A stretch of 64,000 bases of DNA from an uncultured Thermoleophilia bacterium (GTDB lineage Bacteria; Actinomycetota; Thermoleophilia; UBA2241): assembly GCA_963715985.1 (NCBI GenBank), contig CAVQSP010000004.1, positions 69,843-133,842 of the forward strand, given 5' to 3'. The translations under genes were made by a program, and so were the position numbers. Of the stretch, positions 10,888 through 21,889 are shown piece by piece; within the stretch, counting starts at the first letter, position 1; each line of letters begins with the position of its first letter. Below the pieces are notes generated by a model, which was given only the letters and a program-made list of their open reading frames with translations, was not told where the DNA came from and did no database searches.

Positions 10888-11910
10888 GTGAGTATCTCGG
10901 CCTATGTGGCCCGCAGGCTCATCCTGCTCGTGGTGGTGCTGCTCGGCGTGAGCGTGCTTACCTTCGTCATGGTCCGGGTCGTCCCCTCGGACCCCGCCGC
11001 GCTCTACGTCGGCGCCAACGCAAGACCGGGGCAGGTCGCCGAGGCGCGCCAGATCCTGGGCCTGGACAGGCCTGCCTACGTGCAGTTCGGCCTGTACATG
11101 AAGGGCCTGGTCACCGGTCAGTGGGGCGACTCTCTGCGCACGCACAGGCCCGTCCTTCGTGACATCGGCGACTTCCTGCCCGCCACGCTCGAGCTCATCA
11201 TCTGCGCGCTCTTCGTCTCGTCGATCGCGGGCGTCCTGCTGGGGGTGGTCGCCGCCAAAGCGAAGGGCGCCTGGATCGACCAGGTGCTCCGCTTCTTCTC
11301 CATCAGCGGCGTGTCGCTGCCGGTGTTCTGGCTCGCGCTCGTCCTCCAGGTCGTCTTCTTCCGGTACCTTCACCTGCTGCCCGTGGCCGGCCAGAACGAC
11401 ATCCTGGTCGTCCAGCAGCACCCCATAACCCCGATCACGCACATGGCGCTCGTGGACGCCCTCATCACCGGCAACTGGAGCGCCTTCACCGACGGTCTTC
11501 GCCACCTCATCCTGCCGGTGCTCGCACTCTCTGCCTACTCGGCCGGCGTGGTCATGCGCATGACGCGTTCGGCCATGCTCGAGACCCTCGGTCAGGACTA
11601 CATCCGCATGGACAGGGCGATGGGCCTGCCCCCTCGCCTCATCTTCTACAAGGCCGCCCTCAAGAACGCTCTCGGGCCGGTGCTCACGGTCATCGGCCTG
11701 AACTTCGCCTATTCGCTGACCGGAGCCTTCTTCATCGAGTTGATCTTCGCCTGGCCGGGGCTCGGCATGTACGCCACGACCTCCGTGCTCAGTCTCGACT
11801 ACCCCGCCATCGTGGGGGTCACCGTGATCGTCGCCCTCGTCTACGTGATCGTCAACATGTTGGTCGATCTGCTCCAGGCGTGGCTGGATCCGCGGATCGT
11901 CCTCGACTAG
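10888..11910 (+). CDS. ABC transporter permease (DppB type)
   Basis: VPSDPA, LGLDRP, GQWGDS, PATLEL, IFAWPGLG. Confidence 0.92.
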   Translation: MSISAYVARRLILLVVVLLGVSVLTFVMVRVVPSDPAALYVGANARPGQVAEARQILGLDRPAYVQFGLYMKGLVTGQWGDSLRTHRPVLRDIGDFLPATLELIICALFVSSIAGVLLGVVAAKAKGAWIDQVLRFFSISGVSLPVFWLALVLQVVFFRYLHLLPVAGQNDILVVQQHPITPITHMALVDALITGNWSAFTDGLRHLILPVLALSAYSAGVVMRMTRSAMLETLGQDYIRMDRAMGLPPRLIFYKAALKNALGPVLTVIGLNFAYSLTGAFFIELIFAWPGLGMYATTSVLSLDYPAIVGVTVIVALVYVIVNMLVDLLQAWLDPRIVLD

Positions 11911-11918
11911 GAGTGGCA

Positions 11919-12824
11919 ATGGAGACCTCAACGGCCGGTCGGCTGGCCGAGTGGCGGATCCGCCATCAAGCGTCCATCCAGGAGACACGCCACGGGGTCC
12001 GGATCTTCCTGAAGGACCGGCTTGCGGTCGCCGGCCTGGTCGTCATCGTGCTGGCCATCCTTGCCGCGGTGCTCGCGCCGCAGCTCGCGCCCTACCCCGA
12101 ACAGGGTCGCGGGCAGACGAACCTCCCGACGCGCTTCGCCGCTCCATCGGCAGACCATCCGATGGGCGCCGACAGTCAGGGGCGCGACGTTCTCAGCCGC
12201 GTCCTGTTCGGTGCGCGCCTGCCCCTCACGATCGCGTTCGTCGCCACGGCGGCGATCATCCTCATCGGCGTCCCGCTCGGGGGTATCGCCGGGTACTACG
12301 GGGGAAGGGTCGACGACATCGTGATGCGCGTCACGGACATCTTTCTGGCGTTTCCCTCATTGGTGCTTGCCATCGCCTTCGTGGCGTTTCTTGGCCCCAG
12401 CATCCGCAACGTCGTGATCGCGATCGTGATCTCCTGGTGGCCGTGGTACACGCGGCTCGTGCGCGGCATGGCGGTCAGCCTCCGGCACCGGCCGTACGTG
12501 GAGGCCGCCCGGACGATGGGCGTCAGGAACCCCACGATCATCCGGCGACACATCCTCCCCAATGCCCTGGGTCCGGTCATCGTCCAGGCCACGATCGACA
12601 TCGGAACCGTCATCCTCGCCGCGGCGGCGCTGAGCTTCCTCGGTCTGGGCGCCTCCGCGCCGACTCCCGAATGGGGCCTGATGGTGTCCGAGGGCCGCCA
12701 GTACATCCTCCAGCAGTGGTGGATCGGCACCTTCCCCGGGCTGGCGATCTTCGCGCTCGTGCTCGCCTTCAACGTCGTCGGCGACGGGCTGCGCGACGTA
12801 CTCGACCCCCGCTCCAAGAGGTAG
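11919..12824 (+). CDS. ABC transporter permease (DppC type)
   Basis: HPMGADSQGRDVLSRVLFGAR, YVEAARTMG, LSFLGLG...PEWG. Confidence 0.92.
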   Translation: METSTAGRLAEWRIRHQASIQETRHGVRIFLKDRLAVAGLVVIVLAILAAVLAPQLAPYPEQGRGQTNLPTRFAAPSADHPMGADSQGRDVLSRVLFGARLPLTIAFVATAAIILIGVPLGGIAGYYGGRVDDIVMRVTDIFLAFPSLVLAIAFVAFLGPSIRNVVIAIVISWWPWYTRLVRGMAVSLRHRPYVEAARTMGVRNPTIIRRHILPNALGPVIVQATIDIGTVILAAAALSFLGLGASAPTPEWGLMVSEGRQYILQQWWIGTFPGLAIFALVLAFNVVGDGLRDVLDPRSKR

Positions 12825-12829
12825 GGAGC

Positions 12830-13824
<995 letters not shown>

Positions 13825-13828
<4 letters not shown>

Positions 13829-14841
13829 GCCTCCTGTCCGTCGACGACCTCACCGTCCACTTCCGCATCCGCCGCGGCTGGAGACGCCGGCGCGACGACA
13901 TCGTCCACGCCGTCGACGGTGTCTCCCTGCGCATCGCCGAAGGGGAGACCCTGGCTCTGGTCGGTGAGTCGGGATGCGGCAAGACGACGGTGGCGCGCGC
14001 GATCCTGCAGCTCGAGAAGGCCACCGCCGGTCGCGTGACGTTCATGGGCACCGACCTCGCAACGCTCAAGCCTGCACAGCGCCGGGCGACCATGCTCAGT
14101 GCGCAGGTGGTGTTCCAGGATCCGTACTCGTCGCTCAACCCGCGCATGACCGTGCACGATCTCGTCGCCGAGCCGCTGGTGGCAAGCTCGGATCTCGGCG
14201 GCAGTGCGCTGGAGGCACGCATAACCTCCCTCCTGGAGATGGTAGGCCTCGGGACCCAGCACCTCTGGCGCCGCCCGCACGAGTTCAGCGGAGGGCAGTG
14301 CCAGCGGATCGCGATCGCGCGAGCTCTCGCGCTGGATCCCCGGCTGGTGGTCCTCGACGAACCGACGTCCGCGCTCGACGTCTCGGTGCAGTCGCGCATC
14401 CTGCTGCTGCTCCACGACCTGCAGGAGCGCCTGGGCCTGGCCTATCTCCTGATCGCTCACGACCTGGCCGCAGTCCAGTCGATGTCCGACTCGGTGGCCG
14501 TCATGTACCTCGGCCAGCTCGTCGAGCATGGTCCGGCCGACGAGGTGTTCGGCGATCCCCGGCATCCGTACACTCTTGCCCTGCTGGCGAGCGTGCCGTC
14601 ACCGGATCCTGAGGTGCGCGGAGAGATGAAGACCCTCGAGGGCGACGTCCCAAGCGCCGTCAACCCTCCCTCGGGCTGTCGTTTTCACCCTCGCTGCAAG
14701 TACCGCATGCCTGTCTGCAGCGAGGAGCGTCCAGAGCCACATGCTGTCGGCGGTCGGCTCGTCGCGTGTCATCTGCCCGACGATTCTGACCTCTCAGCGG
14801 AGGGCTCGATTGCGCGGAGTCTGGCCCAAGCCGGAGCCTGA
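13825..14841 (+). CDS. ABC transporter ATP-binding protein (DppF type)
   Basis: TTGA overlap; HAVDGVSL, GESGCGKT, FSGGQCQR, PSGCRFHPRC. Confidence 0.9.
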
Positions 14842-14888
14842 AGAGAAGCCGCCTGAGTGCGGCACCATGACTGTCGAAGGAGAACGGA

Positions 14889-15707
14889 ATGGCGACGGAG
14901 TGCAAGCGAGGCCTGCGGATAGGTCTCGCGCAGATCGACGTGAAGGACCTCGACAAGGAGGCCAACCTGGCCGCCGCCAGCCAGGCGGTCGCGACCGCGG
15001 CGGCCGACGGGGCGGACCTCGTCGTCCTTCCCGAGATGGTGGCGAGTGGCTTCGGGATGCGCGAAGAACTGCTTCCGCTTGCCGAGACCAGGGACAGCAT
15101 CTATCCCGGGCCGTGGGGCAGCCTGGCTCGGGAGCACAACGTCGGTATCATCGCCAGCTTTCCCGAGCTGACCGATGGCGACGTCATCTACAACACGAGC
15201 GTCGCCATCGGCCGCATCGGCGAACCGCTCGCCTTCCATCGCAAGACGCGCCTGTACAACTACGAGCGCTACGCGGTGACGGCGGGTCCACGCGTCGAGG
15301 GGCACTTCACCTTCGAGGGCGTCCGGTTCGGCTTGTTGTGCTGCTACGAGGTCGAGTTCCCAGAGCTCGCGCGCACCCTCATGCTCGGCGGCGCGCAATG
15401 CATCATCATCCCGACCGGGAACATGCTGCCCTGGGACCGCCACCACCGCGTGTACATCCAGGCGCGGGCGATGGAGAACCAGGTCTTCGTGGCCTACTGC
15501 AACCGCTACGGCGTGAGTGCGACGCTCGACTTGGACTTCGTGGGCGAGAGTGCCCTCGTCGACCCGAGCGGCAGGCTCGTTGTGGACTGCGGGGCCGGCG
15601 AGAAGGTGGTCTGCGCCGATCTCGACCTGGGCCTCATCGAGGAGTCCCGGGCGATCATCGACTACCTGCACGACCTGCGGCCCGGGACGTTCGGCTATGG
15701 TTGCTGA
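14889..15707 (+). CDS. Carbon-nitrogen hydrolase (nitrilase superfamily amidase)
   Basis: Catalytic triad motifs VLPE, HRK, CYEVEFPE; ARAMENQ. Confidence 0.88.
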   Translation: MATECKRGLRIGLAQIDVKDLDKEANLAAASQAVATAAADGADLVVLPEMVASGFGMREELLPLAETRDSIYPGPWGSLAREHNVGIIASFPELTDGDVIYNTSVAIGRIGEPLAFHRKTRLYNYERYAVTAGPRVEGHFTFEGVRFGLLCCYEVEFPELARTLMLGGAQCIIIPTGNMLPWDRHHRVYIQARAMENQVFVAYCNRYGVSATLDLDFVGESALVDPSGRLVVDCGAGEKVVCADLDLGLIEESRAIIDYLHDLRPGTFGYGC

Positions 15708-15766
15708 TGGCCCACGTCGCTGCGGCCGTCCGGTCGGCGGCATGATTGCGCAGGGAGGAGAGCGGC

Positions 15767-16045
15767 ATGACCGATCGGGAACGACGCTTGCTCATCCAGA
15801 CGCGGGCGCTGGAGAACCAGGTCTTCCTGGTCGACTGCAACCTCAACGGCGCGAGCCCGAAGCTGGGCATGGACTTCCCCCGCGAGAGCGCCATCGTCGA
15901 CCCCTTTGGGAGGACCGTCGTGGACTGCGCGGCTGGCGGGAAGGTGGTCTGTGGCAACCTCGACCTCGGCTTCATCGAGGAGTCCCGGGTCGACTTCGAC
16001 TACCTGAACGAGCGCCGGCCGCAGACCTACGCGCTTGGCCGGTGA
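15767..16045 (+). pseudogene. Fragment: diverged duplicate of the C-terminal third of the preceding C-N hydrolase
   Basis: IQTRALENQVFLVDCN...ESAIVDPFGR...LDLGFIEESR aligns to IQARAMENQVFVAYCN...ESALVDPSGR...LDLGLIEESR; lacks the E-K-C triad. Confidence 0.75.
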
Positions 16046-16073
16046 GGCCGAGCGCTCTGGTATCGCGGCAGCT

Positions 16074-18264
16074 ATGACGAACCTGTCAGCACAACGACCA
16101 GGTGCGGAGTCGACGGTGTCGCCAGAGCGGCTCGACCCACTCTTCGACCCCCGCAGCATCGCCGTCGTCGGCGCCTCCGCGGACGCCTCCAAATGGGGCG
16201 GCGACATGGCTGCCCGACTGATTGCGCGCGAACACACTCGGGCTGTCTATCTCGTCAACTCCAACGGCGGCGAGATGCACGGCCGGGTTGCCTATCCTTC
16301 ACTCCTCGAGGTGCCCGGCACGCCCGACCTTGTCGTGCTCGCCATGCCTGCCACCGGCCTCGAGGCCGCGCTGGACGACGCCCTTGCAGCGGGCGCGCGT
16401 GGCATCATCGCCGTCTTCGCGGGTCTCGGGGAGACGGGCCCGGACGGCAAGGAACGCGAGCGCGCGGCTGTCGCGCGGGTGCGCGCTGCCGGCGCGGCTA
16501 TGGTAGGTCCCAACTGCATGGGACTCGCCGACACCTCCACGGGGCTGCAAGCGGCGGCCTACCTCGATATTCCCGCGGGCGGCATCGGTCTGGTCTCGCA
16601 GAGCGGCGGCATCGGCGAGGAGTTGGTGACACGGGCCCGCGAGAGCGGGGTCGGCTTCTCGCGCTACGTCACGGTGGGGAACCAGGCGGACGTGGGCGTC
16701 GCCGAGATCCTGCGCGGTCTTGTCGGCCACGAGCCGACGAAGGTCGTGGGCGTCTACGTGGAGGATCTTCGGGACGGTCGCGAGTTCGCACGGGCGGCGA
16801 GGGATGTGGTCGCCTCCGGCAGACCGGTCGTGGTGCTCGCGCCCGGACGCAGCGAGGCCAGCACTCGCTCGGCGATGACGCATACGGGCTCGCTGGCTCC
16901 CGACGCCGCAGTCTCCGATGCGCTCTGCGGTGCAGCCGGGGTTGTGAGGGTGGCGACTCCCGGCCAGCTCTTCGAGGCCCTCTTCTGCCTCCTCTCGGGC
17001 CGGCGCACTCGCGGCCGAGGGATAGCCGTGGTCTCCGACGGCGGCGGCCACGGCGGCCTCGCCGCCGACGCGGTCGTTGCGGCCGGGCTCGGCGTGAACC
17101 CGCTCTCCGAGGCGACGCTCGCCCGCGTGCGCGAGGTGCTGCCGGTGAGTGTGGGCGATAACCCCATCGACTTCGCCCTGGGGACCATCAACCCGGACGC
17201 CTACGGAAGCGTCGTCGAGGCGCTGACCGGCGCGGACGACGTCGACGCGGTCCTCGCGGCCGGCCAATTCGGCTACTGGCAAGCGCGCTTCTCCCGCTTC
17301 GAGGACAAGATCGCGGAGGAGATGTGGAGCGCGTCCGCGATGGCCGCGGCGGCCGAAAGGACGGGTACGCCCGTCATCGTCTGCAGCTCGTACCCCGGCT
17401 CTCGAGCTGCAGGCGCGCTGCGCGAGCGCGGGGTGCCGGTCTACCGCGAGATCGACGCGGCGGTCGGCAGCCTCTCGCGTATCGTCGAAGCCACGGAGAA
17501 CGAAGCTCGCGTGGGTGCGCGGACCGCCCGGGGCGTCGAGTCCATCAGCGCCATCCCGCCGGCCGCGTCGCGCGGCCTGAGCGTCGCCGCCGACGACTAC
17601 TGGGGCGCCCGTCAGGCGCTTGTCGACTACGGACTACCGTTCGTGCCGGCGGGACTGGCTCGGGACGAGGCGGAGGCTCGCGGTGTGGCCGGCAGCGTCG
17701 GCTATCCGGTCGTGCTCAAAGCGCTCGGCCTGCTGCACAAGTCCGACCGGGGTGGTGTCGTCGTTGGCCTTGCGAACCAGGCCGAGCTGACCGCCGCGTT
17801 CGAGGACATGGCGCGACGCCTTGCCCCCCCGGGCTACTGCGTCGAGCAGATGGCCCGGACGGACGACGGCGTCGAGCTCATCGTCGGCTGCCGCTGGGAT
17901 GTGCACGCCGGCCCGGTCGTGGTCGTCGGGCTCGGCGGCATCTACACGGAGCTGCTCGGTGATGTGCGCATCGCGCTCGCTCCAACCGACGAGTCGACGG
18001 TCGAGAGGACTCCTGCGCTCCTTGCGCGGCGCATCCCTTCTGTACGGCGTCCGCGGCCGGCCGCCGGTCGATGTTCCGGCGGCCTGCCGGGCCGCCGTCG
18101 CCATCGCCGGGCTAGCCGCCGCGCACCCCGAGGTGGCGAGTCTGGAAGTGAATCCGCTGTTGGTGACGCCGGACGGAGTTCTTTGTCTCGACGCTCGCAT
18201 CGTCACGGCGGCTTCGGCGACCGTTGCGGAGCGCGGCGAGCATCCCGGCGGCGGAGTGCGCTGA
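16074..18264 (+). CDS. Acetate--CoA ligase (ADP-forming) family acyl-CoA synthetase, fused alpha/beta; frameshift near 18005
   Basis: PRSIAVVGAS, GPNCMG, SQSG, phospho-His THTGSL, NPID, ATP-grasp GYPVVLK...HKSDRGGV; LEVNPL...LDARI in frame 17821..18264. Confidence 0.87.
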
Positions 18265-18340
18265 GATTCTCTCGACGCCGTGAACCCACCCCGCACGCCC
18301 GTCCAGCCGGTGCACGCACTCCGGCCCCCGGCGGGGACGC

Positions 18341-18406
18341 CACCCGAATGGGTGACGGCACCCGCGAAGTCCGGGTGTTGTGACCGTGTCCGGCCGGCTC
18401 CATCCT
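18341..18406 (+). promoter_or_regulatory. Island promoter module copy 3 (upstream of SDR)
   Basis: CACCCGAATGGGTGA at 18341, GGGTGTTG at +32, CATCCT at +60; about 43 bp nearly identical to copy 2. Confidence 0.75.
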
Positions 18407-18757
18407 TCACTCAGGGTGGCCCGGCTGGGTCGACGGCAACGTCGACTCATGAAGGTGCCATGCCAGCCGGCGTCTTCTGATCGCCAAGTGGAGTACTTAG
18501 GAGCCCGTCCGCGCAGTGCTGGTGGCTTGGATCGGTGCACGGTTCGAAAGGAGTGGCCATGGCCCAGACTGGTCGCTACCCCGTAGCTGGCGATCTGACC
18601 GCGCTGTCCTTGGAGCTCCCGCAGCGCGGAAGTCCGCCGCGTACGCGAGCCGGATGTCCGATGTCGGCCTGGTCCTCAGCGCTCCGGGTCCGAAGGACCG
18701 GCCGGCTCGCGGCAGATCGCAGATCGCGTCGGCCTCTGACTCGAAGGAAGGTGCGCA

Positions 18758-19534
18758 ATGCAGTTGACTGGTCTTGACGGCGCTCGCGTAGTCGTGACCG
18801 CCGGCGCCAGCGGCATCGGCAACGTGATCGCCAAGAGCTTCGCGGACGCCGGCGCGTCCGTGTTCACGTGTGACGTCGATCCCGGTCTCGTCGCGTCGCT
18901 GAGAGCGTCAGAGCCCATGATCGGAGCGACCGTGGCGGACGTCGCCAGCGAGGAGGACGTCGACCGACTGTTCGACGAGGCACGGGCCCGCCTGGGGGGT
19001 CTGGATGTCCTCGTCAACAACGCCGGGATTGGGGGGCCGGTCGACTACGTCGAGAACGTGGCGCCCAAGGACTGGCAGCGCACCCTCGACGTGAATCTCA
19101 CCGGCGCGATGCTCTGCACGCGCCGGGCGGTGCCACTGCTCAAAGAACAGCGGTCCGGCTGTATCGTCACCATGTCGTCTCACTACGGGTTCCTTGGAGG
19201 GCCGCGACGCGCTCCGTACGTCGCCAGCAAGTGGGCGCTCGTCGGCCTCACCAAGACGCTGGCGATGGAGCTCGGACCCTTCGGCATCCGCGCCAACGCG
19301 ATCTGCCCCGGCAGCGTGGAGGGTGAGCGACTCGACCGGATCATGGGCTTGGAATGCCAGGCGCAAGGCGTCACCTTGGAGCAGCTGCGCGAGGACTGGA
19401 CGCGCGGCTGCTCGATGCGGACCTTCGTCACTCCGGAGGACGTAGCCGCGATGATCCTCTTCCTGTGCTCCGAGCAGGGCGCCAGGATCTCCGGACAGGC
19501 GATCGCGGTGGACGGCCACACCGAGTTCATCTGA
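18758..19534 (+). CDS. Short-chain dehydrogenase/reductase
   Basis: TAGASGIG, NNAG, YVASK, NAICPG. Confidence 0.92.
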   Translation: MQLTGLDGARVVVTAGASGIGNVIAKSFADAGASVFTCDVDPGLVASLRASEPMIGATVADVASEEDVDRLFDEARARLGGLDVLVNNAGIGGPVDYVENVAPKDWQRTLDVNLTGAMLCTRRAVPLLKEQRSGCIVTMSSHYGFLGGPRRAPYVASKWALVGLTKTLAMELGPFGIRANAICPGSVEGERLDRIMGLECQAQGVTLEQLREDWTRGCSMRTFVTPEDVAAMILFLCSEQGARISGQAIAVDGHTEFI

Positions 19535-19540
19535 GCAGTT

Positions 19541-19607
19541 CACCCGAAGTGGTGACCGGCACCGCGCGGATCGGGTGTTGTGGCGGATGACCAGACGGCG
19601 CCATGAT
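19541..19607 (+). promoter_or_regulatory. Island promoter module copy 4 (upstream of BKACE)
   Basis: CACCCGAAGTGGTGA at 19541, GGGTGTTG at +32, CATGAT at +61. Confidence 0.7.
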
Positions 19608-19759
19608 CGGCGGGACGGCCTCCGAACCGTCTCCGGCGGGGCCGGACTCCCCCAATCCGGCCTCGTCGCTGCGTCCAGAGGGGCTTCGGTGGAGGTGGTT
19701 CGTGCCCCGCGCGAACGATGCGCCTGACCCGTCGTCGATGAGCCGACAGAAGGCGATGC

Positions 19760-20632
19760 ATGATGAACCGTGAAGTGATCGTCTCGTGTGCGGTAACGGG
19801 TGGGGCTGAGCCCGCGCGACACCGGCCCAAAACACCAGTCGAGATAGCGGAGTCGGCGATCGAGGCCGCCCAGGCCGGGGCCGCCATCGTCCACCTCCAT
19901 GTGAGGGACCCTGAGACCGGCGCCGCGTCCCGAGAGATCGACTACTACCGCCAGGTCTTCGAGCTCGTGCGCAGGAGCAGCGTCGACGTCATCATCAATC
20001 TCACGACGGGGATGGGCGGAGACATCGTCTTCGACGACGATGACCTGTCACGCTACGGCGGGGGTTCCGACTTCGTGCCCGCACTCGAGCGGATCGCTCA
20101 TGTCGAGTTGCTGCGCCCCGAGATCTGTTCTCTTGACTGCGGTCCCGTGGCATTCTCGGAGCGGCTCGTCCAGATCTTCACGCTGGAGATGGTCCGGAAG
20201 ATGGCGCAGCGGATCCATGAGCTCGGGGTCAAGCCTGAGATAGAGGTCTTCGACTTCGCCGGAATCACCATCGCCAACCAGATTATCGCCGAGGGCCTCA
20301 TCGACGATCCAGCGTGGTTCCAGATCTGTCTGGGGATCCCGTGGGCGACGCCCGCCAACAGCCACACGATGAAAGCCCTGTCGGATGCGCTTCCCTCAGG
20401 TTCTCTGTGGTCGGGGTTCGGCGTGTCGCGGATGGAGATGCCCATGGTCGCCCAGGCGATCCTCCTCGGCGGGAACGTCCGAGTCGGCCTCGAGGACAAC
20501 TTGTGGCTGAGCAAGGACGTCCCCGCCACCAATGCCGATCTCGTCGAGCGTGCCGTCGCCATCATCGAGGCCATGGGCTGCCGGGCGGTGTCGTCGGACG
20601 AGGCGCGCGAAAGGCTGGGTCTGCCTCGATGA
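19760..20632 (+). CDS. Beta-keto acid cleavage enzyme (BKACE/DUF849), resembling the dehydrocarnitine-cleavage subgroup
   Basis: CAVTG, AGAAIVHLHVRDP, INLTTGMGGD, PEICSLDCG, KPEIE, GGNVRVGLEDN. Confidence 0.88.
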   Translation: MMNREVIVSCAVTGGAEPARHRPKTPVEIAESAIEAAQAGAAIVHLHVRDPETGAASREIDYYRQVFELVRRSSVDVIINLTTGMGGDIVFDDDDLSRYGGGSDFVPALERIAHVELLRPEICSLDCGPVAFSERLVQIFTLEMVRKMAQRIHELGVKPEIEVFDFAGITIANQIIAEGLIDDPAWFQICLGIPWATPANSHTMKALSDALPSGSLWSGFGVSRMEMPMVAQAILLGGNVRVGLEDNLWLSKDVPATNADLVERAVAIIEAMGCRAVSSDEARERLGLPR

Positions 20633-20649
20633 CGTCGCTCCGCACACTC

Positions 20650-20717
20650 CACCCGAACGGGTGACGGTCTTCGCGCGACTTGGGTGTGGTCCGGATCTCA
20701 GGGTTGCCGCCGATGAT
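20650..20717 (+). promoter_or_regulatory. Island promoter module copy 5 (upstream of 3-hydroxyacyl-CoA dehydrogenase)
   Basis: CACCCGAACGGGTGA at 20650, GGGTGTGG at +32, GATGAT at +62. Confidence 0.7.
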
Positions 20718-20816
20718 TGACACGGTAGCTCCGCGGCATGCCTTGCCTGAGGCTGGGGCGACACGCGTGCGGGATTCGGCCCGGTCGAGCGTGACTTCGC
20801 GAAGGAGAGGACGAGG

Positions 20817-21738
20817 GTGATGGTGGAGAAGAGCGCTCTCGATGCCGTCACGGTGTGTGGCGCGGGTGTCCAGGGCTCGATGATCGCGTTCCGGTGTGCA
20901 GTGCATGGAAAGCGCGTCGCTCTGTATGACCTCGATGCGGCCGCTTTGGAGAGCGCTCTGGAGAAGTCGGAGACCTGGCTCGCTCGCTACGCCGAGTCTG
21001 GCAGACTCACGACGGTGTCAGCGAGGGCCGCTCGACGACGCATCGTGCCGCAGACCGACCTGGCCGCGGCCGTCCGGGGCGTCGGTCTGGTCATCGAGAG
21101 CGTCCCGGAGCGGCTTGAGCTCAAGCAGGCGGTCTGGGCAGACGTCGACGCACTGGCGGCAGAGGCAACGCTGCTGACGACCAACAGCTCATCGCTCCGG
21201 AGTTCCGAGATAGGCGCAGCCGTCGGGACGCAAGGACAGGACCTTCAATCTCAACTTCATGACGCCCACAGAGGACGACCAAGTAGAGGTGATGTGGAAT
21301 CCATCCACCTCGGAGAGCACGAAGCGGGCGGCACTCGCGTTCCTGCGGTCGATACGGTGCGTACCGATCGTGACGCGAAAGGAGATCCAGGGCTTCTCTC
21401 TCAACAGGGTCTGGCGCGCTATCAAGAAGGAGTCCCTTCGGCTCTGGGCGGAGGACTACATCAGTCCCGAAGACCTGGACCGGGCGTTCATGCTCGAGTG
21501 GGGCACGGCGTGTGGCCCCTTCGGCCTCATGGACAAGGTGGGCCTGGATGTGGTCCGCGACATCGAGCTGAGCTACCACCGTGAGACGGGGGACGCGAGC
21601 GACCTGCCCCCGCGCGCCCTGGAGCACATGATCGCCGCCGGCAGTCTCGGGGAGAAATCCGGTCGCGGCTTCTATCTCTACCCGGATCCAGTCTATCTTC
21701 GGCCTGAGTGGCTTCGCGGGGATGGCGGAGGGGAGTGA
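20817..21738 (+). CDS. 3-hydroxyacyl-CoA dehydrogenase family protein (family includes carnitine dehydrogenase); frameshift near 21225
   Basis: GAGVQG, IESVPERLELKQ, TNSSS; second frame KEIQGFSLNR, GPFGLMDKVGLD, LGEKSGRGFY. Confidence 0.85.
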
Positions 21739-21889
21739 CCATGTGTGGGTCGATCGGTAGCCGTGCGTCTCGTCATCGGACCAGGTTGCGGATGGAACGA
21801 ATGGCGGCGCCTGCGAGTGCGGTCGTCTGATTCCCTATCGAGAGAGCAGTGACTACTCGGCATCGCAAGGGGCCGAAGGAGGTAGCACG

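Noticed and set aside
21740-21889. An eighth copy of the promoter module upstream of aminotransferase copy 1
   Set aside because: No CACCC..GGGTG palindrome with the conserved spacing; the gene is probably read through from copy 5
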